In this document: positions 19,390 through 29,400 of the stretch, in pieces
How positions within the stretch are numbered: position 1 is the first letter of the stretch
Layout of the letters: each line of letters starts with the position of its first letter
Notes under the pieces: generated by a model
What the model saw: the letters and a program-made list of their open reading frames with translations, nothing else
What the model was told of the DNA's origin: nothing
Databases searched by the model: none
Program-made: the position numbers and the translations under genes
From: Promethearchaeati archaeon
GTDB lineage: Archaea > Asgardarchaeota > Heimdallarchaeia > JABLTI01
Direction of reading: 5' to 3'
Assembly: GCA_013166835.1 (NCBI GenBank)
Contig: JABLTI010000005.1
Location: forward strand, 1 to 55,879
Length of the DNA stretch: 55,879 bases

Positions 19390-19596
19390 TTTTTTCGCTT
19401 TTTTTTATTATCTTTGTTTTATTTCCAAATGAATTTTGTTTAGTTAACCTACTGATTTGTTATTCCGATAACTTTATTTGTAAGTGGGGTAGTTTATATT
19501 AAATTTAGTGAATAAAATTATTGTTAATAGAATAACAAAATATTAAAAGGAGTTAATTTGTCGAAAGCGAAGTCTCGCACATAGAGGTGAATTGCA

Positions 19597-19863
19597 ATGG
19601 AATTTTGCGAGAAATGTGGAAGTCTAATGAAACCAACTCGGGAAGAAAAATCAGCATTTTTAATATGTTCCTCATGTGGTAAGAAGGTTAAATTGACTAA
19701 GTCAAAATCCAAAGCTTACACAATAACAAGGAAGATCGAACACACTCCAGCAGACAAACTAGAGGTTATTGAAGTTAAGAAGATGAAGGCATTGACAGAT
19801 GAGGAACGAGAGGAACTTGAGGATTCGTATGGCGATATGTTAGAACAAATGGAATATGATTAG
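19597..19863 (+). CDS. TFS/RpoM-like protein with N-terminal zinc ribbon only and acidic tail (TFS3-like)
   Basis: MEFCEKCGSLMKP...LICSSCG N-terminal ribbon; the C-terminal QxRxxDE ribbon is absent; GAGGTGA RBS. Confidence 0.75.
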   Translation: MEFCEKCGSLMKPTREEKSAFLICSSCGKKVKLTKSKSKAYTITRKIEHTPADKLEVIEVKKMKALTDEEREELEDSYGDMLEQMEYD

Positions 19864-19960
19864 AATTCGTTTAGATGACATACTTTTTTTCGTAATTTTT
19901 TTATTTGAACGAACAATAGATAATTTTGAAAATACTAAAACGACACTTTTTGTGAGAACC

Positions 19961-21124
19961 ATGAGTGAGATTTTTGTTAGATTTGGAGAGCTTGGCCTAA
20001 AAAGTCCACCTGTACGAAGACGCATGGAAAAACGTTTAGCTATTAATATTAAAATCGTCTTGGAAAAGGAAGGGATTACTGAAGCAAAAATTACTATTAA
20101 TAGAGCTTGGGCAAGATTAATTGTCTCACTAGAAACTCCACAAAATTCTATTGAAAATGAAAGTATAATCCAGAAGATTATCACAATTTTAACTCAAAAT
20201 ATAGCTGGAATTACTTCAGTCAGTCATGTTATTAGATCTAGTTCTGATTTAAACGAAATTAAGAAAACAGCACTTAATCTAGCAAAAGAGAATTTAAAAC
20301 CAGACAGTTCTTTTGCAGTTCGAGCTCGTAGAATAGGTAATCACGACTATTCTTCTCAGGATTTGGAAAGATTAGTTGGGGAAGTATTATATGAAACATT
20401 AGCACAAAAACACAATCTTACTGTTAATTTAACAGATCCCGACTATACATTATCTATTGAAGTGAAAGATGAAGATGCATTTATTTTCGACCAAAAGATA
20501 CCTGGAATAGGTGGGTTACCTCAAGGAACACAAGGCAGAATAAATTCTATTTTGCGTGGATCATTAGAGGATGCTATTTCTGGGTTTCTTATGAGTAAAA
20601 GAGGATCTAATATTATCCCAATTGCTTTTATTCTTAAAAACTCAAAAACTCTTGGAACTAATGAGAATGCGATTGAAAGGCAATTAGAGATATTTAATTT
20701 AATGCAACCAAAAAAACACTTTTCTTATTATAAAGTGGATTTTGCTTATATCCTACAGGAAATTGGAATCGACAGATTGCAATGCTCTACTTGTGATAAA
20801 ATATGTATTGCGATTTCTGAAAGAATTTCTGGAGATCAATACATTGATGGTTTTTGTTTAGGAAATGCAAAGGATACAATTCTTGAAAGAATTCCTGAAA
20901 GCAGTAGAAATCAATTAGCGCCAGTTTATTATCCAGTGATTTCTCTGGATCCAACAAAAATAAGTCATCCATTTAAAGAGAGCTTTTCAAGCGAATTTTG
21001 TTTATCACAGTGTCCTGGTTATGAAAATCAAAAAAAGAAAGAAATAAAGCCACCATCACCAGAAGAAATTGAATGGATAGTGGCTAGTGCAAACTTCTCT
21101 TTAATCAAACCTGATAGTGTCTAG
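19961..21124 (+). CDS. ThiI-like THUMP-domain protein with degenerate PP-loop
   Basis: IFVRFGELGLKS, SFAVRARR, VNLTDPD, GIGGLPQGTQG; LRGSLED replaces the SGGxDS PP-loop. Start placed at the ATG at 19961. Confidence 0.8.
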   Translation: MSEIFVRFGELGLKSPPVRRRMEKRLAINIKIVLEKEGITEAKITINRAWARLIVSLETPQNSIENESIIQKIITILTQNIAGITSVSHVIRSSSDLNEIKKTALNLAKENLKPDSSFAVRARRIGNHDYSSQDLERLVGEVLYETLAQKHNLTVNLTDPDYTLSIEVKDEDAFIFDQKIPGIGGLPQGTQGRINSILRGSLEDAISGFLMSKRGSNIIPIAFILKNSKTLGTNENAIERQLEIFNLMQPKKHFSYYKVDFAYILQEIGIDRLQCSTCDKICIAISERISGDQYIDGFCLGNAKDTILERIPESSRNQLAPVYYPVISLDPTKISHPFKESFSSEFCLSQCPGYENQKKKEIKPPSPEEIEWIVASANFSLIKPDSV

Positions 21125-21357
21125 GTTATAATTATTGGAGAAGGTATTTGGTAGATTCTTAATCTAGCATCTTTTTTATCCAACATTCTTATAACAAGTC
21201 CCCTCTTCAATAAAATATCAAGTGCATAACCTAATGTTCTATCTGGCAGATTTGTTTCATTTAAAATCGAATAACGCGGCATTGGTCCTAAGCGATCTAG
21301 AACATAAAAAACATAGTTTGCACTAGGAGGTAACGTTCTAAGTATGAAGGCAAACAT
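21121..21357 (-). CDS. Small archaeal winged-helix (MarR-like) transcription regulator
   Basis: LPPSA..V..VL...GP.....I..ET.LP.RT..YAL..L...GLV......DAR..IY pattern. Confidence 0.75.
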   Translation of the reverse strand: MFAFILRTLPPSANYVFYVLDRLGPMPRYSILNETNLPDRTLGYALDILLKRGLVIRMLDKKDARLRIYQIPSPIIIT

Positions 21358-21443
21358 GATTCCTCATCATAATTTTATACTCCTAGTATAGGTAATTCTA
21401 AATGCTAGCTAAAAACATAAAAAGATTTTCTTTAGTCAAGGTT

Positions 21444-23297
21444 TTATGCTTTAGTAAGCAATTTCTGAAAAATATCATCAAACTTAATCATTTCTTCTTC
21501 GAAATTCCTGTAATCAAATTCATCCTTTATGTCTGCTGACCGTTTAGAGCCAACAATACAAATTGATTTCCCTTTACTAAGACCATCATGATTAATAATA
21601 TGATTAGGGAGAATAGTGAAAGATTCACCTAATAGTACTGGTGAAATGTTTTCTGCTGGCAAAAATTCTACATAGGTATCTATCTCAGGGTGATTTTCTA
21701 AAGCATCTTCGGAAACAAAAAATGATACAATAGCAGAATGCTCAACTAATAATCTATTATTCTCAAGAAATACGTGACTAATCATATCGGAAACATTTTT
21801 CTCAAAAAGATATGTTACATCACCAAAAGAGATGAATGAAAACTTATTCCCGGCATTTGATAATTGAACGTGTAGCTCGGACAATCTAGTCATAGAAAAT
21901 AATTTCCCGATATTTTGACCTAGAATTTTCATGTAATCAAATGATTGTGAGATATTTTTAATTGCTTCAGGAAATATTCCTTGTTTTCTGAAAAGCTCTG
22001 CTTGAGTGTTGTAATATACGGCATTAAGCTTTGGAGGAACGGGTGCTATGAGTTCTTTAGTTCCCTTTTTCAGCAATTGTTCTGCACGTTTAATTCGACC
22101 AATGAGAGCATTAATCCAAGCACTCAATAAATTGATTTCAGTTAGTTTCAATTGATTTTTACTTATTTGATAAAATCTGTAAGCTTCTCGAGCAAATTTA
22201 AGTGATTTTAGAAGTGAAGTTCGATAATCTTCATCCTGAAAAGTATAAGATGGAAAAGCCATCATCAAGTACAATTCAGCTTTAGCTAATGCCAATCGTC
22301 CATTGAGGTTCTCTGTAGGTTCACTTTTCTGGAATTCTTCCATAATTATTCGTTCTATATTTTCATAAATTCCTAATGCTTTGTAAAACCAACCTTGTTG
22401 AGAATAAATAAAACCAAGATCAAATAAACCATCAACGTGTAGTTTCCTCATTAAAATTGATTTTCGCTTACTAAATCGGAGATACTTAATCCCGCGATTC
22501 AAATACTCCTCAGCTAAAGCCAACTTATTAAATGCAACAAGATATCTACCAGAAATTAAGAGTGTCATACTCATTACATTCATTATATCTGGTCTTTTCC
22601 CAGTTGTAGATAATTTCACGCATTCAAGCAAATAGCTTTTGAACTCCTCCAAATCAATTTCTGGAGTTGTTTCTAATTCTATCATACTAACTATGCTAAG
22701 AAGATCGACATCGATTTTATAATGTTCATTGTAATTGTGTTTAGTAGCGTTATTTTTTAGTACTTCAATAATCCTAAGAGATCTTTCAGCATTGATGTTC
22801 AACCAGAACCAACCGAATCTTAGAAGAACCATGAACAGAGACTTATTCCCAGCAGCTTTTTCTTTAGTGGAGCTTAAACGTTTAATGGAATCTTCTGTAA
22901 TCAATTCCAAGACATTAGGTTGTAAAATTGAAATAGGTTCTAAATTTGCATCTTTACAGACTCTAGTGATCTTATCCTCTGCCGCAGATTCAAAACCTTC
23001 TGTCCCAATTATAACAAATCTTTGGGCAGAGATTTTTTCTTTCGTTCGAGAGAGAAAATTTCTTCTAAATAACAATTCATTTTCATCTGTCATCTCAAGT
23101 GCAGATGCAAACGTAGCAATCCAACCTTTTTCTTCAGCTATCCTAACATGATACAAGATATTTTGTCTGCTCATCTCTGTTGGGAGAATTTTCTCAGCAA
23201 TAAATCTAATCTGCTGAGTATTTGCTACACCCAAATATCTCACACAGGTTGCAATAAACCGTGACCAGAAAAATTTGGAACGTGTGGCAAAAGTCAT
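21444..23297 (-). CDS. Putative N-terminal wHTH plus TPR-repeat protein
   Basis: MSRQNILYHVRIAEEKGWI helix-turn-helix-like segment; TPR-like DLGFIYSQQGWFYKAL and YYNTQAELFRKQGIFPEA. Confidence 0.55.
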   Translation of the reverse strand: MTFATRSKFFWSRFIATCVRYLGVANTQQIRFIAEKILPTEMSRQNILYHVRIAEEKGWIATFASALEMTDENELLFRRNFLSRTKEKISAQRFVIIGTEGFESAAEDKITRVCKDANLEPISILQPNVLELITEDSIKRLSSTKEKAAGNKSLFMVLLRFGWFWLNINAERSLRIIEVLKNNATKHNYNEHYKIDVDLLSIVSMIELETTPEIDLEEFKSYLLECVKLSTTGKRPDIMNVMSMTLLISGRYLVAFNKLALAEEYLNRGIKYLRFSKRKSILMRKLHVDGLFDLGFIYSQQGWFYKALGIYENIERIIMEEFQKSEPTENLNGRLALAKAELYLMMAFPSYTFQDEDYRTSLLKSLKFAREAYRFYQISKNQLKLTEINLLSAWINALIGRIKRAEQLLKKGTKELIAPVPPKLNAVYYNTQAELFRKQGIFPEAIKNISQSFDYMKILGQNIGKLFSMTRLSELHVQLSNAGNKFSFISFGDVTYLFEKNVSDMISHVFLENNRLLVEHSAIVSFFVSEDALENHPEIDTYVEFLPAENISPVLLGESFTILPNHIINHDGLSKGKSICIVGSKRSADIKDEFDYRNFEEEMIKFDDIFQKLLTKA

Positions 23298-23449
23298 TTT
23301 ACATCACCTAGAGAATAGCTAAAATTACAGATGGAAAATCATCTATATTTTAACCATATATAACTATCTCCAAATATATTATGTCAAATGCTCACTTAAA
23401 AGTAATTACCAATATCATTTTTCTGATTAAATGAAAAGTAAGATTCAAA

Positions 23450-26400
23450 TTATTTTAGTGGTAATTGGCAAATTGCAGCAACAAATTCATCATTTTGATC
23501 AATTTTAGCTTTTAGCTCTAATTGGGATTTTCCTTTCAAATGAGTTTTCAGAAATTGATTGTCTATTGTAGAGATTTTGGTCGAATCGATTTCTAATACA
23601 ATTTCTTTATCTTTGATTTTACTGATAATTAAATCATGAAGATCAATTTTCAATCCAGTTCCAAGTACTTTAGAAGCGGCTTCTTTTGCGACCCAAATTT
23701 TGGTTAGGAGTTCCTCATTGATTTCTTTTTGCTGATTATTAATGAGTTCTTTTTCTTTTGAACTAATTAATTCGTCAACGAAAGAATTATCTCGCTTCAC
23801 TTTGATTTCTAAATCAATACCAGTATTGTTATTTGGATCAACGATCCCAACAGCGAAACCATTGCTGTGAGTAATTGATAAGCTAATATGTTTTTTATTT
23901 AGAATTATGAAGGGTTTACCCTGCTCATTCTTTTCGATTTTAATTTTGGATAATTGTATGTTAGGATTGATTTTCCTTAAAGCTAATTTTATAGCAATTA
24001 CACCGGCAATCCATTCTTTTCTTCTTTTTTCAACTGTAAGAGATTCATATTTTGTTTTCTCATCTGCATGAAGGAATTTATCCAAGTAATCATTTTCAGA
24101 TTCAATTTTCTTGCTTAATTGTTCTACATTAACTACTTCAAGAATTGCTTCTTTTGGTATCTCAAAGAGACGCCTTAATCGTTCAATTTGAATTTCTTGA
24201 GCTTGACTAATTTCTGCTCCAAAATCAACTTGAACTGTAGAGTACTCTTCTGCTTTTAGTAAAACTTGTCCTGTTTTTGATAAAACTTCAAAATTATAGA
24301 TACTACCAAGTTCTGAATCTTTTATCTTTGAACCTCGGATGAAAGCTGCTGGTTCTGTAGCTTTGTTAATGACGAGTGATTTAATTCCAAATGGTAAACC
24401 TAATTTACTATTCTTTATTATATCAAGTAATCCCATTGATTGGAATGCTGATTCTATGATTAGGGGATCAATAGTAAAACCTTTGTTCTCAAAACTGAAT
24501 TGGTTTTTATCACTTGTAGAAACTTTGGTAATAATATCTTGTTTGAAATCATTGATTTCTCTGAGAACATGGAATAATGGCCCATGTGGGAGAATACTAT
24601 AAATTGTTTCTTTACTAACTAATTCTTTTGGATGAAGTTTTGGTTTTGTAGCGGATTCTTCCTTTCTACTGCCCAGGATTACTTCTGCTGTGAAGTGAGT
24701 ATTTGGCTTCCCTACTACAGCGCCATCTTTTATAAATTCCGAGAATATTACGCACTTCGGATTTTTAGTGGAATAATCAATACGTGTTTTTAGGATTCGA
24801 GATTTGTCATTTGTAAATTTAATAGCGGATTTGAATTCAACATCATTAAATCCAACAAGCTTCGCTTTTGGAAATGCAATTTTTGTTAGTTCTGCGAATA
24901 TCTCAAGACCGATTACGCCAGGGAGAAATGGAATATTATCGAATCTATGATGATTTAAGTAAAGATCATCCTCAAGTGAAAAGTTCCTTTCAGTTACTAT
25001 AGATCCATCATAGTTTCGTTTGATTTTTCCAATAAGTGGATACAACTTCTTATCGACAGACAGATATTTGGAAGGTGATTCCATTAAAATGCCAATTTTA
25101 CCTGCAATAACTACTTCTGGTTCTAAGCCGAATTCAAGTTCATTGATGAAAGCCTTTACTCCGTCTTTGACTGTTATAGGAGTAACTCCAGCATGTTTCA
25201 AGATAGTCATAACAGAACCTCTTGTTGCCATACCTACTTCTCCCCAAGCAGACCAACAAATTGAAGTTGCACGAATGCCTGTGGACCTTAATTGCCAGCA
25301 ATTTTTGGAAAGATAATCATTGGCAGCGGAATAATCAACTTGCCCAGCATTTCCATATCTACCAGCAACAGAAGAGAAGCATTTGATGAATTTAACCTTC
25401 TTCAAGTTCACATTTTGAAGTAAATTGTCTAAACCAATAGCTTTCACATTATAGACTAAATCAAATTCCTCTGGTTTTTTATCTTTAATTAATCGGGATA
25501 TCTCTAATCCAGCACCATGAATTATTCCAATAATTTCTTGATTAAAATCTAATCTGATTTGATCTATAGTAGATTTCATTTGCTCAGGATTAACAACATT
25601 AGTGGTATAATATTTCACTTCAGATCCGAGAGAAGCTAGTTCTTCTTTTGCTTTCTCTATATCAATTGCTTTACTGATTTTAGACCATTCTTTCTCAATT
25701 AAAACAGGAGTGACTCTATCATTGTTTTGTTTGAGATCACTAATCAATTGTTCTTTTAGTTGAGCTAACCTTTCTTGATCATATTTAGCAATTTCAGTGA
25801 TTTTATCAGGTAATTCTTCAATACCTATTAACGCTAATTTTAGTTGATATTTTCTTGCCAATTCCCTAGTAATTTCATATGTGATACCTAATGCACCACC
25901 AGTAATCAAAACTAATTCGTCTTTTGCGATTGTAAATGGTTGTTCAGTAGGTTCGATAGGAGATTCCACTGTAATGAAAACTTTTCTCTTGCCTTCTTCT
26001 GTATAGGAAACCTCAAGAGATCCATCTCCAGCATACAACTCTTCAATAGCAAATTTAGGATTACTACAAGAAACACACTTGACAATACTATTGGTAAACT
26101 CTCGAGCAATTGCTTTAGTTAAACCTGTAAGGGAACCAGAAATAGGAGAGTATTTTCCTTCCCAGCCAAAGGAGGTTTCTGTCTTGCATATTGTTAAAAT
26201 CATAGGTGATTCAGAATATTTTACATCACGACAAAGGGTAAAGAAGATTCTTGCTGTTCTATCATGTTTATTACTTTGAGTTGTTTTTGGTTCAATGTAA
26301 ATTAGACCATCAATTACTTCTTCAGGTAATTCTTTGAGTATTTTGTCTCGAGTATTTTGGCTTTTCAAATCGATATGTTTTACTAATATAACTTTTTTAT

Positions 26401-29400
26401 TTTCTAATTGAGCAATTATCTCATTTGTAAATGGACTTGCTTCACCCGCAACTATGAACTTCTTATCCTTTAATTTTAGTTTTTCAATTTTAGGCATTGG
26501 GGCATCGATTAATTGCAAAGTTAAGCGTTGAGCAGGGACATAATCATCTTTGATTTCAGATACTGTAGTTGCAATTGCTGCTGTGGATGGTTGTAGAGCT
26601 TTATCAATTCGACTAAGAATGTAATCAGCAATTTTATTGACAGTAGAATAATCCTGTATCTGTATACCTTCTTCTCGAGGAAGATTCCATTTCGATCTAA
26701 TAATTCCAAGCATTTCAGCTTGTTTGACAGTATCAATCCCAAGATCTTCTTCTAATTCCATATCAGATTCTATCATATCTGCAGGATAACCTGTTTTTTC
26801 AGCAATTAAACTCAATACTTCATGAATGATTTCATCTTTCTTCCCTTCAAGGCTAACCACTTGTTCACCTTTCACTTCTGCAGAAGGTTGTGCTACAGAA
26901 GTTTGTGCTTCAGATGGTTTGGCTATAGGTGAGGTTATTTTCGAAGCAAGATAAGCAGCTATTTTGTTTACTGTGGAATAGTCTTGTATTCTAACACCTT
27001 CTTCTCGAGGTAGATCATATTGAGTTCTAAAAATACCAAAAAGCTCCGCCTGTTTGACTGTATCTATTCCAAGATCTTCTTCCAGATTCATATCAGGTTC
27101 AATCATATCAGAGGGATAGCCAGTTTTTTCTGATATCAGATCAATTATACTTTTAACAATTGCTCCATTAGCAACTACTCCTTTTAAAGGAATTGAAACT
27201 GGAAAAACTTGTTCTTGTTTTACAATTGATGGGTCTTCTTTTAATCGTAAAGTTCTTTTTACAACTTCAAGGGTTTTTCTACTTCCACCAATATCGTTTA
27301 ACCATTGCCCATATGCTTGTCCTTCTAGTCGTCCACTTGAAGTGTTTAGTCTAAAGAGTGCCATTGTTAATTGGGAACCAAAACCAGCTGCGAATCTTAG
27401 CGCATATTTAACATTGTATTTTCCACCTTTGGATAGATTCAGTGGTCCTAATTCTGGATCAAGTTCTTTCCAATTAGCTACAGGTGGAACAATACCTTTC
27501 TCAAGGATCTTAATTGCTACAACGTCTTCTATCCCTGCACCCATTGCGTGACCTGTAAATCCTTTGGTATTAGCTATTACTATTCTATCTAACATTGAGC
27601 CAAATGTTTTCCTTAATGCATCAACTTCAGCAGAAGCACTTCCACCTCGAGCTGGAGTATAAGTTTCATGACTAACAAATACCATTTCCTTAGCCATTTC
27701 CTCTCGAGAGATATTGAATCTTCTCTCGATTATAGAGATGAATTCATCCATTTGCGAAGAAATGTGCTCTCTATCTAATCTTGTTCCATGAAATGCTGAA
27801 TTAACAATATGAGTCCCAAGGAGATCCACAATTGGTTTTATTCCTCGAGTTTGAATTGCTGATTCCGACTCAATAATTACACCGACAGCACCCATTCCAA
27901 TGATCATTCCATGTCGTCTTTTATCGAATGGTAATGCTGCTTCTTTCACATCCTCTTTTGTAGTTGCTGCACCGACAGCTAGGAAACCAGAAGAAATCCA
28001 TTCCAACATTTCCTCATTAGTTACATCATCTGCTGCAATTACAATTACTCGCTGACATCTCCCAGTTCTAATCCAATCTTCAGCAATAGCTATAGCTTGT
28101 GTTGTAGAGGAACATGCAGCATTAACTTGTGTGTTTGGACCTCTCGCTCGTATGAATTGAGCGAATTGTGAGTGACCCATTGATAAAATCTCGAAAAGGA
28201 ATTTCCTACTAAATTGGAATCTTGAGTCTTTATCAGATGTGATTTGTGTTTTATTCTCTTGATACCACTGCAGCATTCGATCCTTTGATTTCTTATCTGA
28301 AATTTGTTCAATTAATTCATCAAATAATAAGTGAATTTCTTCTTTGTTTTTAGTTTTATATTTATCAGCTAGAAATTCAGAAAGAACTGAAATTAAATTA
28401 CTGTAAGCTGGAAAAGCAGAAGCAAATACAATTCCAGTTTCATTTCTAAGTGATTCTGGAAGTGCCCAACCCTTGACTATTTCCTTACCAACAGAGGTTT
28501 TCACTTTTAGTGGCATTAAAGGTATGCCAGCATCTCTTAGTGCCTCGATTCCAGCAGCAAACGCTAATTGGAAAGTGATATCCAATAAATCGGTAAAATC
28601 AGCATCCACACCATATTCTTTTGATAGATCAAATTGACCCTTTTGAGCTGCAAGTTTAATTACTTCTCCAACATCAGAAATTGTTTGGAATTGCGCACCA
28701 TTGACTGCATCTTTTACTAATCTTACAATGTTCTTATCAACCATCTTCTCACGCATATTCATTGGGATAAGATCAATGAAATTCTCTCCAGCAAGGATGT
28801 CATCAAAGTTTGAATCCCCGAAAACTTTCCTATCCTTACCTGGAAGACCGATTGAGATACCTGTAATTCCAATTGCTTCAGTATTGATGTTTAGTTTATC
28901 AAATTCTCTTTTCTCTTTTAGAGCTTCAGCAATTGTGCTTTTGTAGGTGTCAAATCCCGCTTTTAGAAATGCTCGAATAGCTGGGGCTTGTAATTCTAAA
29001 TAATCTGTGAAAGAGTCATCACTGATAACTTCGACAAGTTCTTGTGTTTCTAGAACATCAAAAGGTGATTCCTTGTGTATTATTTGAGTTCTTGTTTCTA
29101 TGGGTGGCGACACAGCAGAAACAAGTTGTTGTTTTGGTTTCTTTTCCAAAAATCTCTCAAGTGGTTTTTTGAATTCTTGAGTATAAAATGAATCGTCTAG
29201 TTTTGGAATCTTTAATGGAAATCCAAAAGATCCTAAAGCAGCAATCACTTCACTTAGATGTTGCATTTCACCCTTCTTAGGGTGACATGCTGCTAGTGCA
29301 ATAAAGTCATTCTTATCTTCTAATATTGCTCGTGCAAAACTCGTTAGTACATATTTAGGACCAATTTCAATAAAGGTTCTAACTCCTTCTTTCTCATACA

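Noticed and set aside
19856-19960. ORF-track N-terminal extension of the ThiI-like gene
   Set aside because: Runs through the T-rich terminator region of the TFS-like gene; family similarity begins at the ATG at 19961.
26610-27160. DNA-level direct repeat (CCTTCTTCTCGAGG and similar) as a mobile or CRISPR repeat
   Set aside because: Explained by the tandem ACP duplication within the CDS.
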